Of a stretch of DNA of 32,000 bases, positions 19,259 to 28,413 are shown piece by piece. A program made the position numbers and the translations under genes. The notes under the pieces were generated by a model. That model saw nothing but the letters and a program-made list of their open reading frames with translations, did not search any database and was not told the DNA's origin. How positions within the stretch are numbered: position 1 is the first letter of the stretch; each line of letters starts with the position of its first letter. The stretch is from Mycolicibacterium smegmatis (GTDB taxonomy: Bacteria; Actinomycetota; Actinomycetes; Mycobacteriales; Mycobacteriaceae). The DNA lies in assembly GCF_001457595.1 (NCBI RefSeq), contig NZ_LN831039.1, positions 300,001-332,000 on the forward strand, written 5' to 3'.

Positions 19259-19875
19259 GCACCCTGCAGGACGGCGAGCGCGTCACGCGCGGCGTCGGCG
19301 GCCTGGCGGACGTCGGCCTCGGTTCCTGAGAGGTACACGCGACCGGTGGCGCCGATCATGCGGAAGTCCACAACTTTGACGTCGGCGGCCTTCTCGGCCT
19401 CGTTGGTGGCGAGGATGGCGTACGACGCCGGGGCCACCTCGAGCACGAACAGCGATTCACCGGGGAGCACCATCGATCCGATCTTGTTGCGGTTGATCAG
19501 GAATGCGTGCTGGTGGTCGATGCTGGAGATGATGCGTGACGCCAGGATCTCGGGCCGTACCGCGGCGTCGGGATCGCCGCCCAGGTAGTCCAGCGCGGCG
19601 TCGGCGGCGGCCTTCACCGCGCCGGTCTCACCGTGGAACTCCAGATAGCCGAACTGGCGCTCGACCACCAGGATCCCGGCCTTCACCTCGGCGTGCTTGA
19701 GGGCGACGTCGGTGACACCCTCGATGTCGAGTCCCGGTGCCACCTCGATGATCTGGGCGGCCATGTTCGCGCGGGGCAGCGCACCCTTGATCCAGGTGCC
19801 CAGGTACGACATCGTCTGCGGCTGGAGCCGGTCGATGAAGATGAAGGAACGTAGTTCTGCCACTTTGGGGGTCAC
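19255..19875 (-). CDS. Microcompartment shell protein, tandem-domain BMC-T (copy 1)
   Basis: 206 aa starting at GTG 19875 (VTPKVAELRSFIFIDRLQPQ), in-frame within minus ORF 19255..20064. AGILVVERQFGYLEFHG and DHQHAFLINRNKIGSMVLPGESLFVLEVAPASYAILATNEAE mirror the other BMC-T. Confidence 0.93.
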   Translation of the reverse strand: MTPKVAELRSFIFIDRLQPQTMSYLGTWIKGALPRANMAAQIIEVAPGLDIEGVTDVALKHAEVKAGILVVERQFGYLEFHGETGAVKAAADAALDYLGGDPDAAVRPEILASRIISSIDHQHAFLINRNKIGSMVLPGESLFVLEVAPASYAILATNEAEKAADVKVVDFRMIGATGRVYLSGTEADVRQAADAARDALAVLQGA

Positions 19876-21455
19876 CTCTTGATCAGTTGGGCGAGTTCTT
19901 CGACGACCAGCGCGCGTAGTTCGGCGCGCAGCGCGTCCAGGTTGACGTCCGTTGTGCGCGAGGGGCTCTGGTAGGAGCGCTGCGGAGCCGCCTGGATCAC
20001 GGCGCCGTCGCGGTCGTTGGAGGCGCGCGGATACGCCGGTACCGGCCCGGCGGGCGCACGCCACGGATCGATTCCGGTGAAGTTGCCCATCACGACGCCC
20101 GGGTCACTGTTGTAGGCGATGCGGGTCCAGTTCACGAGGTTGTGCGGCTGCAGGTTCTCACCGATGGAACTGCGGCCCACGAAACCGGTGCCGATGGTCA
20201 TCGACGGGGCGAGGTTGGTGTCCAGGCCCGCGCTGCCGGTGCTGTTGCCGACGTTGACCGAGACCCGGAGCACGGGGACCTGTGCCGCGAAATCGGTGAT
20301 CACTGCGGGGTTTTCGCTGTGGATGGCGGCCGAGTGCCCGGCGCCGCCGATCCGCACCACCGCGCGGGCCGCCCGGATGCCGCGCGCGGCGTCGGCCACA
20401 GTGGTCATGCCGAGCACCGGGGACAGCTTCTCGTGGGCCAGCATCTCCTCGGCGATCACGTGGTCGAACGGTGCGATCAGCACGCGCGTCTTGGGTGTGA
20501 CCCGCAACCCGGCCTGACCGGCGATCCACGCGGCGTCGCGCCCGACCACGTCGGTGTTGAGGTGACCGTCGGCGAACATGTACGCGCGCAGCCGCCGGGC
20601 CCCGTCCTCGTCGAGGATGTGGGCGCCCGCGCGGGTGAGCGCGGCGCGGAGTTTGTCGGCGACGGCGTCCTCGGCGATCAGCACGGATTCGTTGGTGCAC
20701 AGCACCGAGTTGTCGAAGGCCTTGCTGTCGACGATGCGCTGCGCGGCGGCGGCGACATCGGCGCTCGCGTCGACGAGGACGGGGACATTGCCCGGTCCGA
20801 CGCCCAGTGCTGGGTTGCCCGACGAGTACGCCGCGCGCACCACGGCGGTGCCGCCGGTCGCGACGATGACGTCGGTGCGCTCGTCGGCCATGAGGGCCTG
20901 CACCAGCGGGATGGACGGCTCGTCGATCACCTGCACCACGCCGTCGGGCGCCCCCGCCGCCACCGCGGCCTCGGCCAGCACACGGGCGGCCTCGGCCGAA
21001 CACCGCGCCGCACGCGGGTGCGGCGCGACCACCACGGCGTTGCGGGTCATCAGCGCCAGAATCGTCTTGAAGTACACCGTGGCAACGGGATTGGTGGTGG
21101 GCGTCAGCGCCAGGACCACGCCCGCCGGCCGCGGGAGTTCGACGATCTTGCGGTCCGGATCGACCCGGGGGGAGATGTAGTCGTGCCCGCGGTAGTACTC
21201 GACGATTCCCCTCGAACACGCCCGGTTCTTGCGGACCTTGTCCGCGACCACGCCCATGCCGGTCTCGGCCACCGCGTCGGCGGCGAACCGCTCGGCATGA
21301 GCGTGTGCGGCCTCGGCCACGGCTGCGACGATGCCCTCGACCGTCGCCGCGTCGTACTCGCCGTAGGCCGCAGCGGCCCAGCGCGCACGCTCGAGCATGT
21401 GGCCGGCCCGCGCGGTGTCGACTGCGCTGCGCCGGTCTTGGATCACTTCGCTCAC
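19872..21455 (-). CDS. CoA-acylating aldehyde dehydrogenase (PduP/EutE-like) with C-terminal encapsulation-like helix
   Basis: In-frame GTG at 21455 within minus ORF 19872..21881. TPTTNPVATVYFKTILALMTRNAVVVAPHPRA, ATGGTAVVRAAYSSGNPALGVGPGNVPV, FDNSVLCTNES (Cys nucleophile). C-terminus LDALRAELRALVVEELAQLIKR. Confidence 0.95.
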   Translation of the reverse strand: MSEVIQDRRSAVDTARAGHMLERARWAAAAYGEYDAATVEGIVAAVAEAAHAHAERFAADAVAETGMGVVADKVRKNRACSRGIVEYYRGHDYISPRVDPDRKIVELPRPAGVVLALTPTTNPVATVYFKTILALMTRNAVVVAPHPRAARCSAEAARVLAEAAVAAGAPDGVVQVIDEPSIPLVQALMADERTDVIVATGGTAVVRAAYSSGNPALGVGPGNVPVLVDASADVAAAAQRIVDSKAFDNSVLCTNESVLIAEDAVADKLRAALTRAGAHILDEDGARRLRAYMFADGHLNTDVVGRDAAWIAGQAGLRVTPKTRVLIAPFDHVIAEEMLAHEKLSPVLGMTTVADAARGIRAARAVVRIGGAGHSAAIHSENPAVITDFAAQVPVLRVSVNVGNSTGSAGLDTNLAPSMTIGTGFVGRSSIGENLQPHNLVNWTRIAYNSDPGVVMGNFTGIDPWRAPAGPVPAYPRASNDRDGAVIQAAPQRSYQSPSRTTDVNLDALRAELRALVVEELAQLIKR

Positions 21456-22732
21456 CCGTTCCTCCGTCCGGTGACAGTCGCCCGCGCCCGGCCCACCGCG
21501 ACCTCGAGGCGGTCCAGCACGTCCTCGCAGAGCTCGCGGGACAGCAGCAGGCCCGGTTTGAACTGCAGTACACGGGGATCCAGCGTCGAGAAGATCGCCC
21601 ACACCCCGTTCTCGTAGAGTTCGCGCATCACGAACTTGGCGCCTTCGGGGTGGTCGAACTCGAGTCCGATCACCACCCCGTTCTGCCGGATGCCGACGAA
21701 CCAGTCCGGGTAGTCGGCCTGGATGCGCCGCAACCCGGTGTCGAAGATGTCGGCGATGTAGTGCACCATCGAGCGCACCTCGGGCCGGGTGCAGATCTCC
21801 AGCGTCTTGATCGCCGCGACACAGCCGAGTTCGGCCCCACCGAAGGTGGAGATGTGGCCGAACCCGTCCTGGTCGAGCCACCGCGCGGCCCGCTCACCGA
21901 GCAGCACCGCCGAGATGGGGTACATGCCGCCCGAAAGGCCCTTGCCCGTCACGATGATGTCCGGGTCGATGCCGTGCTTGGTGATGCCCCACAGCTCGCC
22001 CGTGCGCATCAGCCCGGTCTGCACCTCGTCGGCGATGTAGAGCGTGCCGTGCCTCTCGGTCAGCGCCTTGACGGCTTCGAGGTAACCCGGTGGGGGAAGC
22101 GGGAATCCGTAGGTCGCGGGGATGGTCTCCATGATCACCGCGGCCACGTCGCCGCCGGCGAGTGCGGCCTCCATGGCACCGATGTCACCGAAGGGCACCT
22201 GGATGAACTCGTCGGGCCGGTCGGCGAGGAACAGTTTGGCGAACCGGTCGTCGCCGGTGGCGACCGCCAGGCCGGTGTGCCCGTGGTAGGCCTTGATGAC
22301 CGAGACGATCTTGCGGCGCTGGGTTCCGTGGCGCGCGCTCTTGAGTGCGATGTCGATGGCCTCGCCGCCGCCGGAACCGAACGCGACCTTCTTGATGGAC
22401 GCGGGCGCGGTTTCCACGAGGCGCTTGGCGAGTGCGGTCCTGGCAACCGACGGGAAGTGGTGGTTGCCGACGTCGAAGTGCGCCATGCCTTCCGAGATCG
22501 CCTGCATCACTTCGGGATTGCGGTGACCGATGTTGTAGGTGCCGCCGTTGAGGTGGAGGTCGATGAGCCGGCGTCCGCTCATGTCCCACAGGAAGTACCC
22601 CTCCCGGCGGTCGATCACCAGATCGACGCCGGAGTCGGTCCAGAACTGGGTCTTGTCCGGATTCCAGAACGCCTTGGCCTGGTCCAGCACATCGGCTTTG
22701 GACGCGAACGCGAACGTGCCGTAGTCGTACAT
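21452..22732 (-). CDS. Class-III PLP-dependent aminotransferase / amino-alcohol phosphate phospholyase
   Basis: 426 aa. YNIGHRNPEVMQAIS, GSGGGEAIDIALKSAR, IKAYHGHTG, YIADEVQTGLMRTG, VTGKGLSGGMYPISA (PLP Lys). First gene of the minus-strand operon. Confidence 0.92.
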   Translation of the reverse strand: MYDYGTFAFASKADVLDQAKAFWNPDKTQFWTDSGVDLVIDRREGYFLWDMSGRRLIDLHLNGGTYNIGHRNPEVMQAISEGMAHFDVGNHHFPSVARTALAKRLVETAPASIKKVAFGSGGGEAIDIALKSARHGTQRRKIVSVIKAYHGHTGLAVATGDDRFAKLFLADRPDEFIQVPFGDIGAMEAALAGGDVAAVIMETIPATYGFPLPPPGYLEAVKALTERHGTLYIADEVQTGLMRTGELWGITKHGIDPDIIVTGKGLSGGMYPISAVLLGERAARWLDQDGFGHISTFGGAELGCVAAIKTLEICTRPEVRSMVHYIADIFDTGLRRIQADYPDWFVGIRQNGVVIGLEFDHPEGAKFVMRELYENGVWAIFSTLDPRVLQFKPGLLLSRELCEDVLDRLEVAVGRARATVTGRRNG

Positions 22733-22747
22733 GCGGCTCCCTCTTGA

Positions 22748-22845
22748 GCTACCGGGTAGCTGTGATGGCCCTCACCGTAAAAGGTTGCAACCATTTCTGT
22801 CAATGGTGTGAAGAACCTCTTGCATCTGAGATTTGGTAGTGCCAA
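22748..22845. promoter_or_regulatory. Divergent control region between BMC operon and permease with several palindromes
   Basis: GCTACC-G-GGTAGC (22748-22760), GGTTGCAACC (22783-22792), ACCATT-N6-AATGGT (22790-22807), TTGG-TAGTG-CCAA (22833-22845). Confidence 0.55.
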
Positions 22846-22916
22846 TATACGTACGGTTCAAGATGTGGTCCACGCCACACCTGGCCTACACTGTAACCTG
22901 GAAGGTAAGCCGCTAG

Positions 22917-24452
22917 ATGACCGAACAATCCGTCGCTGGTAGCGAAAACGCAGCTCACGACATACAACGCCTCAAGCGGAACGCCGTCGGCACCGTCGGG
23001 GTGATCTTCATGGCGGTGGCCACCGCCGCCCCGATCACCGCAATGGTCGGCAACGTTCCGATCGCCGTCGGTTTCGGAAATGGTTCACACGCTCCCGCGG
23101 GCTACTTCGTCGCCACGGTGGTTCTGGGCCTGTTCGCCATCGGCTACGCGACGATGGCCAAGCACATCACCGCCACCGGCGCGTTCTACGGGTACATCTC
23201 CCATGGTCTCGGGCGCATCGTCGGTATGGCCGCAGGCGGTCTCATCACGATGGCCTACGTCGTGTTCGAGGCCTCGCTGATCGGTATCTTCTCGTTCTTC
23301 TTCCAGAACTTCCTGGACTCCCAGCTCGGCATCCACATCCACTGGATCATCCCGGCCCTGCTGATGCTGGCCACCAACGCGATCCTGACGTACTTCGACG
23401 TCAACCTGACCGCCAAGGTGCTGGGCGTGTTCCTGGTGACCGAGATCGTCATGCTCGCCCTCGGTGCGGTGGCGGTGCTGTTCCGCGGCGGTGGACCCGA
23501 CGGGTTCGCGGTCAATGAGATCCTCAATCCCGCAGGAGCATTCAGTCCCGCAGCCGGCATCGTCGGTGCGAGCGCCGGACTCGGTCTGTTCTTCGCGTTC
23601 TGGTCGTGGGTCGGATTCGAGTCGACGGCCATGTACGGCGAGGAATCACGCAACCCCAAGCGGATCATCCCCCGCGCCACCATGATCGCCGTCCTCGGCG
23701 TCGGCGTGTTCTACGTGTTCATCTCCTGGATGGCCATCGCGGGAACCGGTCCGCAGCAGTCGATCGAGCTCGCGCAGGACGCCAACACGGCGTCGGAGAT
23801 CTTCTTCGCGCCCGTCCGTGACACCTACGGCGAGTGGGCCATCACGGTGTTCAACATCCTGCTGGTCACGGGATCGTTCGCGTGCGGCATGGCGTTCCAC
23901 AACTGCGCGTCGCGGTATCTGTACGCGCTCGGCCGTGAGGGCCTGTCGCGGGGTCTGCAGAAGACCCTGGGCGCCACGCATCCCACCCACGGGTCGCCGT
24001 ACATCGCGTCGTTCGTGCAGTCCGCCATCGCACTGGTGATCGTGTTGTCGTTCCTGTTCGCGGGCATGGATCCGTACGTGCACATGTACACGCTGCTGGC
24101 GATCCTCGGGACCATGGCCATCCTGATCGTGCAGTCGCTGTGCGCGTTCTCGGTGATCAGTTACTTCCACATCCACAAGAACCATCCGGAGTCCAAGCAC
24201 TGGTTCAAGACACTCGTCGCGCCCGGCCTCGGCGGTCTCGGCATGCTGTATGTCGTGTACCTGCTGTGGGAGCACAAGGACACCGCGGCCGGAACCGCCT
24301 CGGGCACACTGCTGTTCAAGCTCACACCGTGGATCGTGGTGAGTGTGTTCGTGCTCGGCGCGGCCCTGGCCACCTACTTCAAGCTGCGGGACCCCCGCCG
24401 CTACGGGTTGATCGGCCGCATCGTCTACGACGAAGCCGTCGAACGCGACTAG
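22917..24452 (+). CDS. APC-superfamily amino acid/amine permease
   Basis: 511 aa. RLKRNAVGTVGVIFMAVATAAPITAMVGNVPIAVG, FWSWVGFESTAMYGEESRNPKRIIPRA, many hydrophobic TM segments. Divergent from the BMC operon. Confidence 0.93.
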   Translation: MTEQSVAGSENAAHDIQRLKRNAVGTVGVIFMAVATAAPITAMVGNVPIAVGFGNGSHAPAGYFVATVVLGLFAIGYATMAKHITATGAFYGYISHGLGRIVGMAAGGLITMAYVVFEASLIGIFSFFFQNFLDSQLGIHIHWIIPALLMLATNAILTYFDVNLTAKVLGVFLVTEIVMLALGAVAVLFRGGGPDGFAVNEILNPAGAFSPAAGIVGASAGLGLFFAFWSWVGFESTAMYGEESRNPKRIIPRATMIAVLGVGVFYVFISWMAIAGTGPQQSIELAQDANTASEIFFAPVRDTYGEWAITVFNILLVTGSFACGMAFHNCASRYLYALGREGLSRGLQKTLGATHPTHGSPYIASFVQSAIALVIVLSFLFAGMDPYVHMYTLLAILGTMAILIVQSLCAFSVISYFHIHKNHPESKHWFKTLVAPGLGGLGMLYVVYLLWEHKDTAAGTASGTLLFKLTPWIVVSVFVLGAALATYFKLRDPRRYGLIGRIVYDEAVERD

Positions 24453-24469
24453 ACGGAAAGTGACGGACG

Positions 24470-24766
24470 GTGGATTCCTACGACCGTGACGTCATGCGGT
24501 TCGTCCTCGCGTGGGCTCCCTTCGGGGGTCCACGCGAGGACGACGTCTGGGTCTCGTTCGGCGTGTCGGTCGGGCAACTTGGTGAGAGGTTCGCCGATGC
24601 GGTCATGCGCTGCCGTCTGCGCGCCGCGGCGCTGTCCGATCCCGACCGGGATCTGCTCGCCCGCGCAGGGGCGCATCTGCGTGATCTGCAGCAGTTGTGT
24701 GCCGCGACGGAATCAGGTGAGCGCACGCTTGAGGAACGCGCATTGCGCGTTCCGAAAGGCGCGTGA
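24470..24766 (+). CDS. Small hypothetical protein
   Basis: 98 aa ORF with GTG start at 24470, 17 bp after the permease stop: DRDVMRFVLAWAPFGGPREDDVWVSFGVSVGQLGERFADAVM. Opposite-strand gene overlaps its 3' end by 54 bp. Confidence 0.6.
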   Translation: MDSYDRDVMRFVLAWAPFGGPREDDVWVSFGVSVGQLGERFADAVMRCRLRAAALSDPDRDLLARAGAHLRDLQQLCAATESGERTLEERALRVPKGA

Positions 24767-25612
24767 CACAGCTGCTTTCGGCGCGACGCCGTCGAAACCG
24801 TGGAACGCGCCGTGCACCACATCGATCTCGCAGGGCACGCCCGCGGCATGCAGCCGCCCGGCGTAGGCCAGGTCCTCGTCGTGGAACAGATCGAGGGTGC
24901 CCACCCCGACCCATGCCCGCGGCAGGCCGCTGAGGTCCTCACGGCGGGCCGGTACCGCGACGTCCGGATCCGCGTCACCCAGGTACGCCTTCCACCCGAA
25001 CCGGTTGCTGCCCTGGTTCCACAGCCGCTGCCCCGGATGGTCGAGGCTCGGTACGAAACTGCTGCGGTCGTCGAGCATGGGATACACCAGCAGCTGCGCT
25101 GCGACGTCGATCCCGCGGTCACGCGCCAGCAGCGCGAGGGAGGCCGCCAGGCCACCACCGGCGCTCGCACCGCCGATCGCCACCCGGGCCGGATCGACCG
25201 AAGGCAGCGCGGTCAGCCACCGCAGCGCGGCGAAGCAGTCCTCGAGCCCGGCAGGATACGGATTCTGCGGTGCCAGGCGGTACTCCACCGAAGCGACCGT
25301 GACACCCGCCTGCCTGGCGAACTGCAGACATTGCGCGTCGTCCTGGGCCGCGCTGCCCAGCACATAGCCGCCGCCGTGGATCCACACGAGCGCCGGGCCG
25401 GGAAGAGTTGTCGAGGCGGGTGGCCGGAACAACCGGATGCCGACACCCGACGGCAGGGTCAGCACCTCACACCCCGGAGGCACCCGCCGGCCCATCAACC
25501 TGGTCAGGCGCTGGAAAACCGGCAGCGTCGCGCGGTTCACCATGTGCCGTGGGATGTAGCGGGCGACGCGTTCGAGATCGGGATGGAACCGGGTCGGGGT
25601 GGTGGCCGTCAC
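24713..25612 (-). CDS. Alpha/beta hydrolase (HSL family)
   Basis: 299 aa. ALVWIHGGGYVLGS, VAIGGASAGGGLAASLAL, C-terminal HGAFHGFD motifs. Confidence 0.93.
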   Translation of the reverse strand: MTATTPTRFHPDLERVARYIPRHMVNRATLPVFQRLTRLMGRRVPPGCEVLTLPSGVGIRLFRPPASTTLPGPALVWIHGGGYVLGSAAQDDAQCLQFARQAGVTVASVEYRLAPQNPYPAGLEDCFAALRWLTALPSVDPARVAIGGASAGGGLAASLALLARDRGIDVAAQLLVYPMLDDRSSFVPSLDHPGQRLWNQGSNRFGWKAYLGDADPDVAVPARREDLSGLPRAWVGVGTLDLFHDEDLAYAGRLHAAGVPCEIDVVHGAFHGFDGVAPKAAVSRAFRNAQCAFLKRALT

Positions 25613-25702
25613 AGAGTAGTTCTACCCAAAGCAAGGGCCTTCTATTTCCGGAACCAGGAAAAGCCGGCATCAGAGGTAAGACCGGGCGTTCTCGGGACGT
25701 CA

Positions 25703-27274
25703 ATGAACGTGGAGATCAATCAGAGGTACGACTTCATCGTGTGCGGTTCGGGATCGTCGGGTTCGGTGGTGGCCCGGCGCCTGGCCGAGAACCCGGACGC
25801 CGATGTCCTGCTGTTGGAGGCGGGCGGCAGTGACGACGTGCCCGAGGTCCAGCAGGCCGTGCAGTGGCCCGAGAATCTCGGCAGCCCCCGCGACTGGCAG
25901 TTCGAGGCCCAGGCCAACCCGCATCTCAACGGACGCGCGATTCCCATGAACATGGGCAAGGTGCTCGGCGGCGGTTCGAGTATCAACGTGATGATGTGGT
26001 CACGCGGGCACCGGAACGACTGGGACTTCTTCGCCGCGGAAGCCGGCGACGAAGGCTGGGGGTATGAGGCCGTACTCGACATCTACCGGCGCATCGAGGA
26101 CTGGCAGGGCAAGCCCGACCCGCAGTACCGGGGGACCGACGGCAACGTCTACGTGCAACCGGCCCCTGACCCAAACCCCATCGCCGACGCCGCGGTGGCC
26201 GCCGCGGCGTCGGTGGGCATCCCGGCGTTCGACCATCCCAACGGCGCCATGATGGAAGGCGCCGGCGGTGCCGCGCTGAGCGATATCCGTGTACGCGACG
26301 GGATCCGGCAGTCCGTCTTCCGTTCCTATGTCCATCCGTACCTGGGCCGGCCGAACCTCACGGTGCTCACCGGGGCGGTGGTGACGCGGGTGACGCTCGA
26401 CGGACACCGCGCGAGCGGGGTCGAGTTCGTCCGTGACGGAGTCACGTTCCGGGTCGCGGCGGGCAGCGAGGTGGTGCTGGGTCTCGGTGCGATCAACACG
26501 CCAAAGGTGTTGATGCTCTCCGGTATCGGGGACAGTGCCGAACTGGCCCGGCACGGCATCAAGACCGTCGTGCACCTGCCGGGGGTGGGGCGCAACCTGC
26601 AGGATCATCCCGCGTTCGGCTGCGTGTGGGAGTACGACGTCGCACTGGAGCCGCGCAACACCGGGTCTGAGGCAACGTACTTCGCGAAGAGCGATTCCCG
26701 CCTCGACACCCCGGACCTGCAGACGTGTCAGATCGAGGCGCCCTTCGCCAGCGCCGAGACCATCGCACGATTCGGCCTGCCGCAGGCCGCATGGACGATG
26801 TTCGCCGGAATCGTGCGGCCCGAGAGCCGCGGCAGTGTGCGGCTCACCGGGTGTTCGCCCGACGATCCGGTGCGCATCGACGCCAACATGCTCTCCGACC
26901 CGGCCGATATGACCGCCGCGATGATCGCGGTCGAACTGTGCCGCGAGATCGGCAACGCCGCACCGCTGTCCGCGCACGCCAAGCGCGAGGTCATGCCGGG
27001 AAACCTCAAGGGCCGCGACCTCGAACGGTTCATCCGCGACGCGGCGGTCTCCTACTGGCACCAGAGCGGCACCGCGAAGATGGGCCGCGACGAGATGTCG
27101 GTGGTCGACGGAAATCTGCGGGTTCACGGCATCGAGCGTCTTCGCATCGCCGATGCATCTATCATGCCCCGCATAACCACCGGCAATACGATGGCACCCT
27201 GCGTCGTCATCGGCGAACGCGCCGCACAACTGATCCGAGACACCTACGCCGCCAAGGAGCCCGCTCATGAGTGA
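25703..27274 (+). CDS. GMC-family FAD-dependent oxidoreductase
   Basis: In-frame ATG at 25703 within ORF 24800..27274. YDFIVCGSGSSGSVVARRLAE, GKVLGGGSSINVMMWSRG, GAINTPKVLMLSGIG, YWHQSGTAKMG, ADASIMPRITTGNTMAPCVVIGE. Confidence 0.94.
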   Translation: MNVEINQRYDFIVCGSGSSGSVVARRLAENPDADVLLLEAGGSDDVPEVQQAVQWPENLGSPRDWQFEAQANPHLNGRAIPMNMGKVLGGGSSINVMMWSRGHRNDWDFFAAEAGDEGWGYEAVLDIYRRIEDWQGKPDPQYRGTDGNVYVQPAPDPNPIADAAVAAAASVGIPAFDHPNGAMMEGAGGAALSDIRVRDGIRQSVFRSYVHPYLGRPNLTVLTGAVVTRVTLDGHRASGVEFVRDGVTFRVAAGSEVVLGLGAINTPKVLMLSGIGDSAELARHGIKTVVHLPGVGRNLQDHPAFGCVWEYDVALEPRNTGSEATYFAKSDSRLDTPDLQTCQIEAPFASAETIARFGLPQAAWTMFAGIVRPESRGSVRLTGCSPDDPVRIDANMLSDPADMTAAMIAVELCREIGNAAPLSAHAKREVMPGNLKGRDLERFIRDAAVSYWHQSGTAKMGRDEMSVVDGNLRVHGIERLRIADASIMPRITTGNTMAPCVVIGERAAQLIRDTYAAKEPAHE

Positions 27275-27587
27275 AACCAAGATCACCGTGATCTACGACA
27301 ATCCCACGGATCCGGCCGCTTTCGAGGCCGCCTACCCCACCGAACAACTCGAGGCCGCACGCCGCATCCCGGGGTACCTGCGGCTTGAGGCGTCGAAGGT
27401 GTGGCCCAAGGAGGACGGCAGCCCCACGCCGGCGTACCGGTGCCTCGACCTGTACTACCCGGACTACGCGACCGCGTGCGAAGCGGTCACCACCCCGGAG
27501 GCCGGTGCGTTCTTCGAGGCCATGGGCCGGCTGGCCACCGGGGGTGTGCGCGTGCTGATGTCCGACGTCGAGGTGCCTGCGGTGTAG
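27267..27587 (+). CDS. EthD-family protein
   Basis: 106 aa. ITVIYDNPTDPAAFEAAYPTEQLEAARRIPGYLRLEASKVWP is typical of EthD. Start overlaps the GMC stop by 8 bp. Confidence 0.8.
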   Translation: MSETKITVIYDNPTDPAAFEAAYPTEQLEAARRIPGYLRLEASKVWPKEDGSPTPAYRCLDLYYPDYATACEAVTTPEAGAFFEAMGRLATGGVRVLMSDVEVPAV

Positions 27588-27638
27588 GAAGCCGCGTGGG
27601 CTTGAGCTTCCCCCTGCGGGAACGCACAAGCTCACCGT

Positions 27639-28409
27639 ATGAGCAATCAACGACCGCTTGAGGGTAGACGTGCGCTGGTCACCGGTGGCACCAAGGGTGC
27701 AGGCGCCGCCGTCGTCCGGACACTGCGCGCCTCGGGTGCGCACGTCACCGCCGTGGCCAGACGGCCCGGCGGTGACGCCGACGAGTTCGTCGCCGCGGAT
27801 GTCATGTCCGAGGCCGGGATCGCCGAGATCGCCACGCACGTGCGCGCCACCGGAGGAGTGCACATCCTGGTGCACGTGGCCGGTGGATCCTCCTCGCCGG
27901 CAGGAGGATTCGCCGCCCTTTCCGAGCAGGACTGGATCGACGAGCTCAACCTGAACCTGCTGTCGGCGGTCCGGCTCGACCGTGCCGTCGCGCCCATGAT
28001 GATCGAGGCGGGCGGCGGCGTGATCGTGCACATCTCGTCGATCCAGAGCCGTATGCCGCTGTACGACGGGACCCTCGGATACGCCGCGGCCAAGGCCGCG
28101 CTGCGCACCTACAGCAAGGGTCTGGCCAATGAGCTTGCGCCGAAGGGCATCCGGGTCAACACGGTCAGCCCGGGGTTCATCCGGACGACCGCGGCCGAGG
28201 CGCTGATCGAGCGGATCGCCGAAGCGGGCAACGGCACACGCGAGCAGGCGCTCGACTCTCTGATGGCGTCCCTCGGCGGGATCCCGCTGGGACGGCCCGC
28301 CGAACCCGATGAGGTCGCCGGGGTGGTGGGATTCCTGGTGTCCGACGCGGCGGCGTCGGTGGTCGGTGCCGACATCGTGGTGGACGGCGGCACCGTGCCT
28401 GCGATCTGA
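27639..28409 (+). CDS. Short-chain dehydrogenase/reductase
   Basis: 256 aa. [60 protein letters not shown]. Confidence 0.93.
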   Translation: MSNQRPLEGRRALVTGGTKGAGAAVVRTLRASGAHVTAVARRPGGDADEFVAADVMSEAGIAEIATHVRATGGVHILVHVAGGSSSPAGGFAALSEQDWIDELNLNLLSAVRLDRAVAPMMIEAGGGVIVHISSIQSRMPLYDGTLGYAAAKAALRTYSKGLANELAPKGIRVNTVSPGFIRTTAAEALIERIAEAGNGTREQALDSLMASLGGIPLGRPAEPDEVAGVVGFLVSDAAASVVGADIVVDGGTVPAI

Positions 28410-28413
28410 ATCG

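Noticed and set aside
20142-21617. 491-aa plus ORF and 471-aa alternative minus frame across the AldDH gene
   Set aside because: Both are alternative-frame shadows of the acylating aldehyde dehydrogenase.
21305-22747. 480-aa plus ORF antisense to the class-III PLP enzyme
   Set aside because: Shadow ORF; the minus-strand protein has all PLP fold-type I motifs.
24800-25702. N-terminal 301 aa of the 824-aa ORF leading into the GMC oxidoreductase
   Set aside because: Antisense to the alpha/beta hydrolase; the GMC protein proper starts at the ATG at 25703 just before the dinucleotide-binding motif.
27601-27632. GAGCTT...AAGCTC inverted repeat between EthD-like and SDR genes
   Set aside because: Only 6-bp arms with an 18-nt spacer; within chance expectation and no T-tract to support a terminator.
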